DNA from: Microvirga sp.
GTDB lineage: Bacteria; Pseudomonadota; Alphaproteobacteria; Rhizobiales; Beijerinckiaceae
NCBI GenBank assembly: GCA_041640175.1
Contig: JBEQAU010000020.1
Coordinates: 929 to 64,928, forward strand
Direction: 5' to 3'
Length of the DNA stretch: 64,000 nucleotides
Each line of letters opens with the position of its first letter. The stretch's first letter is position 1. The position numbers and the translations under genes were made by a program. This document shows positions 55,797-64,000 of the stretch, piece after piece. The notes under the pieces were generated by a model, which saw only the letters and a program-made list of their open reading frames with translations, was not told the origin of the DNA and did no database searches.

Positions 55797-58243
55797 CGCG
55801 GTTTCCTTGACGCTTGTTGCCCTCTGGATTGGAACGGCTCCATCCCGTCGGCATCCGTCTCGGACCGGCGCCGCCTGTTCTTTCTCTGCTTCTGCGAGGC
55901 CTTGCCTCGCTCCCGCCGCACCTTGTCTTCAGGCTTGCGGCGATGGGAGACGGAGGTTGATACAAGCTTCTCCTCGATCTTGGAGTTCAAGCTCGCGCGC
56001 AGGTCGACGACGTCCTCCAGATCTTCGAAGACCTCCGGATAGCGCTGGGCAAGCCAGAGCCAGGAGGTGGCAATCTTCACCCGGGCCTCCAGCTTCAGGA
56101 GATCGGTGTTCACACCGAAGTCGGGTCCCTGCACCCTCCCGTCTCGGGCGTGCTGCTGCGCCCAGTCCAGAAGCAATTCGACGGCCAGCTTCTCGCGCCC
56201 ATCGACTGGCGCCATCGAATAGGACAACCGGTCCAGGATGGGCATGTCCACCGTGTCGAGAAGCGTTGCCAGCTCGATCATCTCATCCATATCGGCCATG
56301 CGCAGATCCGGGTGGCCTGCCACGAGGGTGTCGTTCAGGTGCTGGAGCACGCGGCCAAGGCGATCGGTCTGCAAGACCTCGCTTGCCGACAGCACTGTCT
56401 CCTGGTTGGGGCGGACATAGGCCTTGCCCCGCAGCTTGCCGGCATCGCCGGTGAGCGCTTGGCCGATGATTTTTTCCACCTGCGCATAACCGCCGACGTC
56501 CGGCAGGGCCGTCACGAGCCCCTCATCGTGGTGGCCGAAACGCCCTGCCCGGCCGGCAATCTGCTTGATCTCCATGGCGGTGAGCTGGCGATCACGCACA
56601 CCGTCGTACTTGCGCAGGGTGGAGAACACGACTCGCCGCAGCGGCCCGATATTCAACCCCATGCCGATGGCATCCGTTGCTACCAGAATCTCGGCCTCGC
56701 CATTGCGGAAGCGCGCAGCCTCGGCCCGGCGAACCTCAGGACCCAGGGCACCGTAAACCGTCGCTACCGTGCGCCCGGACTGCACGAGGCGCGTGCGCAG
56801 GTCGTGCACATCGCGGCGGGTGAAGGCCACGACCGCATCGCCACGCATCAGCTTGTTGAGATTGGCCGGCACGCCTTCCACGCGGAGCCGGCCCTTGCGC
56901 TTGAGGATCTTCACCTCCAGGGGCTCGCCGGTCATGGCGAGCAGGTGCTCCACGAGAGGGATTGCCTCCGGAGCACCCGTCAACACCACGAGCCTTGCGG
57001 GGGCGCCAACCATCGCCTGGGTCCAGGCCCAGCCACGGCTCGGATCACCCAGCATCTGCACCTCATCGATGACACAGACATCGACGACACGATGAAGATC
57101 CAGCGTCTCGATGGTCCGGGCGATATGCGTCGCGCCTTCAGGCAGCACCCGCTCCTCACCCGTCACCATGCCGGCAGGAAGTCCCTCTTCGCTCATGCGC
57201 TCGAAATGCTCGAGCGCCAGAAGACGCAAGGGCGAAAGGATCTCGGCGGTCTCCGCCTCACGGGCGAGCTTCAGCGCCTCGTAGGTCTTGCCCGAATTGG
57301 TCGGGCCGGCCAGAAACAGGAAGCGACGGTTGAGGGAGCGGGCGACCGGGAAGATCGCAGCATAGCGCTCATAGCCGGAGGCCTCGCGGATCTGGGCCTC
57401 GCGCAGGTGCCGGAGCCTCCGGGCCGCGGCCTTCGAGCGGTAGTCGTCCAGCTTCTGGCGCAGCTTGCGCGCGGCACCGGCAGGTCCGCCTTTATCCGAC
57501 GCATGGACCCGATCGAGCTTGTCCAGTGCGACACTGATGCCGCCAAGAATGGCCTGGCGCTCATCCGCGTCCTCGAAGGCATCGAGATAGGTTTCGAGCT
57601 CATCGCGCCAGCCCGCCAGCTCCTGCTCACAAGCTGCGAAAGTAGCGTCGCGCAGCTCGATCAACCTGCCTTCCAGAGTCTCGGAAGCCGCAGCCAGCTC
57701 GGTGCGCTCCACTCGGGCGGGCGCCAAAGCCACGGCGGCAACCTCGACAGGCTCGGCAAAGGCGAACTCGATGGCGATCTCGATGGGCTCGCTCTCCGGC
57801 AGGACTTGCATCGGTTGGCTGAACACTGCCCGATAGCCGGCGAAGACGCGCTCGGGCTTCCAGCGGCCGCTCTCGATGCGACGGATGTCCTCGGCGACAT
57901 AGATGCCGGTATTCCTGCGAACAGGCGCAAGGATGCTCTGGCGCCGCCGATGGGCCGCATCGTCGGGCGAGTGATCGCCGTCCTTTCGGCGCCCCTGAGA
58001 GCGCTGCGTGGACCTAACCTCGTCGCCCTGCCCCCGCCAAGCCTGAACTTGAGCGAGGAGCGGCACGACGACCTCTGGATCGAACATTGGCTCTTCGACG
58101 CTGCGCCCGCGTCTCTGGATCGTACGGCGCTCCGCCACCGGGATCAGTCCGGCCTCGATCCAGCGCTCGCATTCGGCTTGGCTGGCAAGCAGGATACCCG
58201 GCAGATGGTTGAGGCTGACGAGATTTTTCGGCTTCTTGGACAT
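55793..58243 (-). CDS. Suv3-like SF2 helicase with about 290-aa N-terminal extension
   Basis: 816 aa. Walker A FLAGPTNSGKTYEA, DExQ box CVIDEVQML, motif V ATDAIGMGLN, motif VI QIAGRAGRFG. Suv3-type C-terminal helical region and a lysine/arginine-rich tail. Confidence 0.8.
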   Translation of the reverse strand: MSKKPKNLVSLNHLPGILLASQAECERWIEAGLIPVAERRTIQRRGRSVEEPMFDPEVVVPLLAQVQAWRGQGDEVRSTQRSQGRRKDGDHSPDDAAHRRRQSILAPVRRNTGIYVAEDIRRIESGRWKPERVFAGYRAVFSQPMQVLPESEPIEIAIEFAFAEPVEVAAVALAPARVERTELAAASETLEGRLIELRDATFAACEQELAGWRDELETYLDAFEDADERQAILGGISVALDKLDRVHASDKGGPAGAARKLRQKLDDYRSKAAARRLRHLREAQIREASGYERYAAIFPVARSLNRRFLFLAGPTNSGKTYEALKLAREAETAEILSPLRLLALEHFERMSEEGLPAGMVTGEERVLPEGATHIARTIETLDLHRVVDVCVIDEVQMLGDPSRGWAWTQAMVGAPARLVVLTGAPEAIPLVEHLLAMTGEPLEVKILKRKGRLRVEGVPANLNKLMRGDAVVAFTRRDVHDLRTRLVQSGRTVATVYGALGPEVRRAEAARFRNGEAEILVATDAIGMGLNIGPLRRVVFSTLRKYDGVRDRQLTAMEIKQIAGRAGRFGHHDEGLVTALPDVGGYAQVEKIIGQALTGDAGKLRGKAYVRPNQETVLSASEVLQTDRLGRVLQHLNDTLVAGHPDLRMADMDEMIELATLLDTVDMPILDRLSYSMAPVDGREKLAVELLLDWAQQHARDGRVQGPDFGVNTDLLKLEARVKIATSWLWLAQRYPEVFEDLEDVVDLRASLNSKIEEKLVSTSVSHRRKPEDKVRRERGKASQKQRKNRRRRSETDADGMEPFQSRGQQASRKPR

Positions 58244-58485
58244 TCAGGTTTCCAGCTGACAGAGCGCAAAGAATGGCTCTAACCCCATTTATGAGACAGT
58301 CCTTCATCGCAGCTTGAGCCGCGAACTAGGGGTAAACTCCAGAAGGCTGAGGAGGTTTTCGAATAGCGCCCGCAGGCGGTGGCAAACGCCATACCCCCCG
58401 CCGTCTCTGGAGAGGGCCGGAAGCAGGGTTAAGATGTTGAGGTGCCGCGTTTTTCCTCTGCCCTCATGTGTTCATGGCAGAGTGC

Positions 58486-58519
58486 AATATCAAGAGAGCA
58501 CCGGCTAGCCGGTGCTCTC
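58486..58519 (-). terminator. Rho-independent terminator after the prolyl oligopeptidase gene
   Basis: Perfect palindrome gagagcaccggc / ta / gccggtgctctc (58494-58519). On the minus strand it is followed by ttgatatt. It begins 34 nt after the stop at 58553. Confidence 0.6.
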
Positions 58520-58552
58520 GCCCGCAAAAGGTTATCCCCGGCTGATCCATGA

Positions 58553-60592
58553 TCAATGCTCGGGCGCCAGCATCCTCCTGAGGAAGGATAGGCCCAAGGC
58601 GGAAAGGAAGGCCGCCTGCTCCTTGTTGGCGGCGCCATGGCCGCCGTCGTCTGGTTCGTAGAAAAAGACCGGCTGCTCCATGGCCTCCAGCTTGGCTGCC
58701 ATCTTGCGGGCATGGCCCGGATGGACGCGATCGTCCCGTCTCGACGTCACGAGCAGCACGGGAGGATAGGCGCGGTTCTGGTCAAGGTTCTGATAGGCGG
58801 AAAATCGGGCCATATAGGTCCAATCCTCAGGCTTGTCGGGATCGCCGTACTCCGCGACCCAGCTCGGACCGGCCAGGAGTCGCGTGTAGCGCTGCATGTC
58901 GAGGAGCGGCACGGTGCACCAGATCGCTCCGAACTGCTCAGGGTAGCGGGTCAGCATATTGCCCACGAGCAGGCCGCCGTTCGATCCGCCATAGGCCGCA
59001 AGCTGCTTCGGGGTCGTCACAGCTCGTTTGGCGAGATCCTGTGCGATGCTGGCGAAATCGTCGTGGGACAGGCGCTTGCCCTCGCGCATGCCGGCCTTGT
59101 GCCAGGCGGCTCCGAACTCGCCGCCTCCGCGGATGTTGGCCACGACCCAGACATTGCCCCGCTCCAGCCAGGTCTTGCCGATGCCGCCGAGATAGCCCGG
59201 CGTCATGGAGACCGAGAATCCTCCATAGCCATAGAGCACTGTCGGGCGCGGCCCATCCTGATCCTTCGGCCCGATCTGGTAATAGGGAACCCGCTCCCCA
59301 TCCACCGAGACGGCCTCGTGGCGCGTCACTTCGAGGTTGGAGGCATCGAAGGCGGCCGGCGCTTCCTTGAGCACCTCGATCTGCTTGTCTTCCGTCACAA
59401 GCGCGAGCTTCGTAGGTTCGACGAAGCTCGAGATGGTCAGAAGAAACTCATCGGTCCGTTCCAATTGGCTGGCATCCAGGGACATGGCGTGGACGGAGGC
59501 CGTGTCGGGCAGGCCTTCCAATCTCTCCAGGGTCCAGGGCGAGCCCGGCGTGCCGAGCCAGATCTGGCTTGCCAGATTGTCGAGCACAGTGAGCACTAGG
59601 CGAGACTTGGTCCACCAGAACCCGGAGAGAACCCGCCGCGGCCCGGGTTCGAACAGCATCTCGAACTGGCGGTCTCCTTCCAGGAAGCGGGAGAAGCTGA
59701 CGGCCAGGAGTGCATCGGCTGGATAGGTGCGCGCCGGCAGTACCCAGTCGCTCTTCAGCTTCACGACGAGCCAATCCTTCTCCACGTCGAAGTGTGCATC
59801 GAGCGGCAGATCGATCAGCTGGGGCTCGTCAGCCTCGCGTGCGAGGTAGCTGAGCCCCTCCTCGAAGGTGATCTGCCGTCGGTAGAAGATGCGCTCGAAG
59901 CCGGGCTCGCGATCAACGGAGGCCGAGATATAGATGTCGCTGGCCTCGCCCTCGAAGAGCATGGGAGCCTGCATGAAATCCGAACCCCGACGCCAGAGGC
60001 GCACGGTGCGCGGGTAGCCGGAAGCCGTAGCGGCGTTTGCCCCGAGGGTGGTCGAAACAAGGAGCGTGTCCGAATCGAGCCAGGCCGCCCCACCCTTGGC
60101 CTCCTGCAAAGCAAAGCCGCCCTCCACGAACCGTTTCTCGACAAGATCGAACTCCCGGAGCACGACGGCGTCGGCGCCGCCCCGCGACAGGCTCACCAAG
60201 CCGTAGCGCTGTTCCGGCTGAAGCGTGCCGCAGCCCTTCCAGACCCAGTCCTCCCCCTCGGCTCGCGCCAGCGCATCGACGTCGAGCACCGTCTCCCAAG
60301 CGGGTTCCAGCCGACGGTAATCCTCCATGGTGGTGCGCCGCCACAGGCCCCGTACATGGGAAACGTCCTGCCAGAAATTGTAGAGCTGACCTCGCCTCCG
60401 GGTGATGTACGGGATGTTGTCCGGGCGCGTGGAGATCTCGTAGATAGCCTTCTTGTCGGCTTCGAAAGCCGGATCGCAAAGGGCCGCCTTCGTCGTCTCG
60501 TTATGGGTGCGCACCCAGGCCAGCGCCTCCTGCCCCTCCACATCCTCCAACCAGAGATAGGGATCGTTATGCTCCTGCATCTGTTCGGACAT
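58553..60592 (-). CDS. Prolyl oligopeptidase family (S9A) serine peptidase
   Basis: 679 aa. N-terminal DPYLWLED, a beta-propeller region, and a catalytic domain with GGSNGGLL (GxSxGG nucleophile elbow), RRDDRV and a conserved His region (DGGHG). Confidence 0.9.
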   Translation of the reverse strand: MSEQMQEHNDPYLWLEDVEGQEALAWVRTHNETTKAALCDPAFEADKKAIYEISTRPDNIPYITRRRGQLYNFWQDVSHVRGLWRRTTMEDYRRLEPAWETVLDVDALARAEGEDWVWKGCGTLQPEQRYGLVSLSRGGADAVVLREFDLVEKRFVEGGFALQEAKGGAAWLDSDTLLVSTTLGANAATASGYPRTVRLWRRGSDFMQAPMLFEGEASDIYISASVDREPGFERIFYRRQITFEEGLSYLAREADEPQLIDLPLDAHFDVEKDWLVVKLKSDWVLPARTYPADALLAVSFSRFLEGDRQFEMLFEPGPRRVLSGFWWTKSRLVLTVLDNLASQIWLGTPGSPWTLERLEGLPDTASVHAMSLDASQLERTDEFLLTISSFVEPTKLALVTEDKQIEVLKEAPAAFDASNLEVTRHEAVSVDGERVPYYQIGPKDQDGPRPTVLYGYGGFSVSMTPGYLGGIGKTWLERGNVWVVANIRGGGEFGAAWHKAGMREGKRLSHDDFASIAQDLAKRAVTTPKQLAAYGGSNGGLLVGNMLTRYPEQFGAIWCTVPLLDMQRYTRLLAGPSWVAEYGDPDKPEDWTYMARFSAYQNLDQNRAYPPVLLVTSRRDDRVHPGHARKMAAKLEAMEQPVFFYEPDDGGHGAANKEQAAFLSALGLSFLRRMLAPEH

Positions 60593-60687
60593 GATGTGTG
60601 GATTCCATTCGGGTGGGGATGACGGGCGGATGAGAATCGATGACAGGGATTATCGGTCGGCTTGAGCCTACGGCAACACTTCACCGG

Positions 60688-60712
60688 AGAACCGAACCGG
60701 TCACCATCCGTT
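60688..60712 (+). promoter_or_regulatory. Candidate EcfG-type (general stress response sigma) promoter
   Basis: AGAAC-N16-CGTT against the alphaproteobacterial EcfG/SigT consensus GGAAC-N16/17-CGTT (GAAC and CGTT exact, spacing 16). It ends 28 nt upstream of ATG 60741. Confidence 0.25.
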
Positions 60713-60740
60713 GACGATCAAACCATTTGAGAAAGGGGCC

Positions 60741-61118
60741 ATGATGGATCCGTTCGTTTCAGCCCTGGAGGAACTCGCAGAAGCCCTGCTGGCGGGAGAG
60801 GACCCGGAAGGCGCCCTTCAGGATATTGCCCAGGAACACGACATCCCGCCTCCAGCCTTGCGCAACCGCGCGCTCCGCGCCTTCGGGCCATTGGAGAGCT
60901 ACAGGGAGCGGCAGGCGGAATTGAAGAAGGAGCGCGAGCAGACTGCCCGCCGCCGGGACCCGGTTTTTGCCGGCGCATCGTTTCTGGCTGCCGTTGCGAG
61001 CCTGAACCCAAGACTGAGCGCTGAGGAAAGGCAGGCCGAGATCGAGCGTCTCGCGGCCGAGTACGACGTCGATCCCGCGGCACATAGGGATGCTATCGCA
61101 AGGCTGCGCAGGCGCTGA
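60741..61118 (+). CDS. Hypothetical helical protein
   Basis: ATG 60741 preceded by a GAAAGGGG RBS; the track ORF starts at TTG 60711. 125 aa, charged and helical, with no recognisable domain. Confidence 0.45.
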   Translation: MMDPFVSALEELAEALLAGEDPEGALQDIAQEHDIPPPALRNRALRAFGPLESYRERQAELKKEREQTARRRDPVFAGASFLAAVASLNPRLSAEERQAEIERLAAEYDVDPAAHRDAIARLRRR

Positions 61119-61134
61119 CACTCAACCCGGGCGA

Positions 61135-61950
61135 TCAGGTGCGCAGATTGTTGAAGCAGCCCGCTGGAAGCCCTGCCCCGGTCACCAGGATCGCGCCGTG
61201 CTGAAACAGCCCCCACCCTGACTGCCCACCAGCGAGCCTGATGACCGCGAGTTCCCCACTTACGTCCATCCAGGCCACCTGCGCATTGATCGATGCGAGC
61301 GATCTGATGACATGCTCTTGCCCCATGCCCGGTGCGAAGAGCACCGTGGTGAACTCGCTGCCGCGTAGGGGCCAGACTCCCAAAGCTGCTGCACCGAGAA
61401 CTAAAAGTGTTGCCAATGTGCGGACCGGGGCGGACGAGCGGACCGTACCGGATCCATCGTCTCTCGGCCCGCTCATGATCCATCCGAGGATCACCGGCGC
61501 GAGACCGAAAAGAGCAAGCCAAAGAAGGTCCCAGAACAGCGGATTGCTACTGTCCATCCGGATGTGGTGGATTCCAAGCAGCCAGTGGGACATGAGAGCG
61601 TCGACAACGTGCCAGGCCCCGAAGCCGACCAGGATTCCCGCAAACAACAGGCGGCCCGACATGCCGCCGGGCCTGTTACGCAAGGCCCACAGCATCCAGA
61701 GGCCCGTGGCGGCGATCACGTACATCAGAGCGTGGAAGTATCCATCTGCCGCCACCTGGAATCGGATATCCTCACTGTCGATGGAGCTGAGCAAATGATG
61801 CCACTGGAGAATCTGATGGAGCAGAATGCCATCGAAGAACCCGCCGAGGGCAAAGCCAAGCACGTAGCCAGACCGTGAGTGATAGCGTCGGGATGCGGTG
61901 GTGGCCACGATGCGCCCTCGGTTCGGGAGGAGTTCAATCCTCTCAACCAT
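61135..61950 (-). CDS. DUF2243-family membrane protein with extra C-terminal domain
   Basis: GFALGGFFDGILLHQILQWHHLLS followed by DGYFHA matches the DUF2243 signature. About 110 extra C-terminal residues include one further TM segment. Confidence 0.65.
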   Translation of the reverse strand: MVERIELLPNRGRIVATTASRRYHSRSGYVLGFALGGFFDGILLHQILQWHHLLSSIDSEDIRFQVAADGYFHALMYVIAATGLWMLWALRNRPGGMSGRLLFAGILVGFGAWHVVDALMSHWLLGIHHIRMDSSNPLFWDLLWLALFGLAPVILGWIMSGPRDDGSGTVRSSAPVRTLATLLVLGAAALGVWPLRGSEFTTVLFAPGMGQEHVIRSLASINAQVAWMDVSGELAVIRLAGGQSGWGLFQHGAILVTGAGLPAGCFNNLRT

Positions 61951-62385
61951 CGGTGCCGATCTGAAGTTTCAAAACTTAATTCGCGTTAATGAATATCGTG
62001 CTTGTGTCGGGTTCCTGACAGACGGATGGCGGCCTGCTCAGGTACGATTCGGATCAACAATACAACGAACATTTTTGCAGGGGGCACAACCATGGCCATC
62101 CGAACACCCGTCGCCTTCGTTAGCACGAGGGACGAAGGCTGCTTCTCGGACCATGAGGTGCTAGATGAAGAGCAGGAAGAGAAAGCCTTTTGCCGCCGAC
62201 ACACGCCGCTCAGCCAAGCTTGAGCGGGAGCTTAAAATCGTCGAGGCGCAGATTGCCCTTCTGGAGAAGGACACCACCCTGAAGCTCGCCGTGCAGGACC
62301 ATTTCGTGCTGTGGAGGCGTCCAAACCTGTTTGCACCCTGGCCGCTTGGCGTCCAGCACTAGCGATTGAGGCCGGAGCGGCACTT

Positions 62386-62583
62386 TCATCTGTATCGGTA
62401 AAGACGATTGAGAGCTGCCGTCCAACGTTGAGGCCAGAAGGCCACGACAGCGACGATCAGCGCGATCAGGACGAGGGTCATCATCACCTGAGCCACCCCG
62501 AAAATCGGCGCATCCTTGGCGACGAACCAGCTCGTCATGAAACCGGCGGCAATCATCAAGAGCCGAACGATCCAGCTCAGCAT
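62386..62583 (-). CDS. Small two-TM membrane protein, hypothetical
   Basis: 65 aa from ATG 62583, which lies 5 nt after a GGAGG RBS. Two hydrophobic helices and a basic C-terminus (NRLYRYR). Lies 105 nt downstream of the SplB-family gene on the same strand. Confidence 0.55.
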   Translation of the reverse strand: MLSWIVRLLMIAAGFMTSWFVAKDAPIFGVAQVMMTLVLIALIVAVVAFWPQRWTAALNRLYRYR

Positions 62584-62688
62584 TGGAACCTCCGTGCCTG
62601 TCGCGAGTGTCCTGCCCAATATGACGGAGCATTCCGGTATTTCCTTGATGCCGATCAATAGGGACTTGAACCATGTTCGTGACGCCGG

Positions 62689-63786
62689 TCAGGTCCAGTA
62701 GAGAATCCGAGCGGTCGGAAGATAGTCTCGGATTGCGCCCTCGAAGAAGCCGCGCATCTCCTTCATGATCTCGGAGGTGTACACGTACTTGATCGAGTTG
62801 AACTTGGTCGTCTTGCGGGCTCGCGTCGGCTCGTCCATGTCGAGGTCCGAGCCGGGATACCACCCGTTCAGGACTGTCTTGGAGCCAGGGGTGAACCGGT
62901 GGGTGATGAGTTCCACCGTAAGGTCGAGATCGGACACGTCCCGCGTAGCGGCAGCGGCATCCTCGAGCAGAGCAGCGTAAGCAACGCGCCAATTGTCGAT
63001 GGGCATGATCGGCGCAATCGTCAGGCCTATTCTATAGCCGGCCAGGGCGGCCAATCGCATGGCGTTCAGCCGCGCCGCAACCGATGCGGTGCCGCCCTCG
63101 AAGCGAGCCGCCGGCTTGGCATTGACGGAAAAGCGGATCCGGGTGTGCCGCTCATGTGCGATGCCGAGCAGAGGCGGGATCGCGTCGTATTTGGTGGTGA
63201 AGCGGAGTTGCACGGGAGCCTGCCAGGACCCGAAATGCGCGATCGTCTCGGCAAGAGATCCAGTGAGGTGCTCAATTCCTAAAGGATCGGTGTAGCAGGA
63301 CGCCTCGAACGTGGTGCCCTCATGCGTGCGATCGACTGACCGGGAGGTCACAGCGCCCTTGCCGGCGTAATCCGCCAGGCTGCCGAGGATCTCGGAAAGA
63401 TTGGCGTAGACCCTCGTCACCGGAGGGCCGGAGAGCGAGCCTGCGAGGTAGCAATACTGGCAATGAGCTGGGCAGCCTTCCGCAAGATCGACCCGCCAGT
63501 CGGCGCTCGGCGGGATCGGCTGCAAGCGAAGCTTGCTGGGAGGCGCTACGACAACGGCCAGCGTCGTCTTGGCGTTCACGTAGCTCTGTCGCTCGTTGTC
63601 GCCACCGAGACCTATGAGGCGGTTGCTTTTCAGCTCGACGATCTCGGATCCAAGCGTCGCCGCGCGCTCCACGATGGCGCGGCCATGGTCCCACTCCAGG
63701 GCAGCCGGCGTCACGAGCACACGCTTGGGCCGCCAAAGCTTGGGCGCAGCCTCCCTTCTCTCATCCAAGGCCAGTCTGGCGTTCAA
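62689..63786 (-). CDS. Spore photoproduct lyase (SplB) family radical SAM protein
   Basis: 365 aa. Radical SAM cluster motif CPAHCQYC, encoded at 63451-63474 and verified by back-translation. Overall SplB-family length and pattern (TKY..I..LL, ELITHRFT). Confidence 0.8.
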   Translation of the reverse strand: MNARLALDERREAAPKLWRPKRVLVTPAALEWDHGRAIVERAATLGSEIVELKSNRLIGLGGDNERQSYVNAKTTLAVVVAPPSKLRLQPIPPSADWRVDLAEGCPAHCQYCYLAGSLSGPPVTRVYANLSEILGSLADYAGKGAVTSRSVDRTHEGTTFEASCYTDPLGIEHLTGSLAETIAHFGSWQAPVQLRFTTKYDAIPPLLGIAHERHTRIRFSVNAKPAARFEGGTASVAARLNAMRLAALAGYRIGLTIAPIMPIDNWRVAYAALLEDAAAATRDVSDLDLTVELITHRFTPGSKTVLNGWYPGSDLDMDEPTRARKTTKFNSIKYVYTSEIMKEMRGFFEGAIRDYLPTARILYWT

Positions 63787-63880
63787 TACGAGATCTCCTT
63801 CAGCGGAGGAACGTCGACCAGGAACGGGAGATCCTTGATGGGCAATCTGCCACAGCTACCAGTTTAGACCGACGCAAACC

Positions 63881-64000
63881 TCAGAATGGGATGCGCTTGC
63901 CATCCCAGGCGAAGAACCCTCCGCTGTCAGCAGCCGAGAGAGCGTCCAGGACAGCGAGCAGTCGCTCCGCTGAATAGGCAGGGGCGAAAAGCTTCCCGGT
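63881..64000 (-). CDS. 3' end of a truncated gene, probably a short-chain dehydrogenase/reductase (CsgA/C-factor-like)
   Basis: The minus-strand translation to the window edge reads TGKLFAPAYSAERLLAVLDALSAADSGGFFAWDGKRIPF*. The G.F..WDG..IP(W/F) ending is typical of this SDR subgroup. It is partial and not in the ORF track (<60 aa). Confidence 0.4.
   Translation of the reverse strand, partial: TGKLFAPAYSAERLLAVLDALSAADSGGFFAWDGKRIPF

Noticed and set aside
58314-58508. 64-aa ORF in the helicase/peptidase intergenic region.
   Set aside because: Arg-rich with no motif. It overlaps the terminator hairpin of the peptidase gene.
1-64000. Search for tRNA, rRNA, tmRNA, integron attC, retron/DGR reverse transcriptases, restriction-modification or other known defence genes.
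   Set aside because: No T-loop-like GGTTCGAATCC-type sequence lies outside coding regions; the only ggttcgaa is inside the methyltransferase CDS at about 55040. There is no rRNA-like sequence and no RT, Cas, methylase or nuclease signature in any ORF translation. The search was by eye only, so small RNAs cannot be excluded.

Overview
High-GC chromosomal segment that looks alphaproteobacterial, probably Hyphomicrobiales/Rhizobiales. That placement is inferred only from gene content: IalB-family protein, HisKA_2 kinase, DUF1127 protein, OpgGH, RTX calcium-binding protein. All calls come from reading the ORF translations and the DNA by eye; nothing was searched or computed.

I support about 50 CDS.
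- Positions 1-5.9 kb are visibly more AT-rich. They carry a translationally coupled amino-sugar (O-antigen/capsule-type) operon.
- The operon is bounded by a complete IS66-family element (6042-8489) with tnpA/tnpB/tnpC, imperfect terminal inverted repeats and a perfect 8-bp target-site duplication.
- The remainder is mostly core: rimO, pncA, a BMP-type ABC importer, a UbiH-family hydroxylase, an AEC transporter, hspQ, an IalB-family protein, an orphan family-5 SBP, mfd, sdhE, recG, glmS, glmU, opgG/opgH, purT and a prolyl oligopeptidase.

Accessory-looking modules:
- (i) A four-gene, translationally coupled type III PKS operon: T3PKS, methyltransferase, geranylgeranyl-reductase-like flavoprotein, gamma-tocopherol-methyltransferase-like enzyme. 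This is the best candidate for an uncharacterised system (a modified phenolic lipid/quinone).
- (ii) A Suv3-like helicase translationally coupled to an ankyrin-repeat protein.
- (iii) A PAS-kinase / CheY-like receiver / REC-HisKA_2 kinase operon with no output domain, divergent from an orphan PGM1-like ATP-grasp ligase.
- (iv) A lower-GC islet with an RpoA-alphaCTD-like small protein and an 823-aa RTX/SdrD-B secreted protein, with no type I secretion genes nearby.
- (v) A LysR / DUF1127 / Na-Pi cotransporter locus with a perfect LysR box.
- (vi) A spore-photoproduct-lyase-family radical SAM gene cluster.

I found no rRNA, tRNA or CRISPR array.
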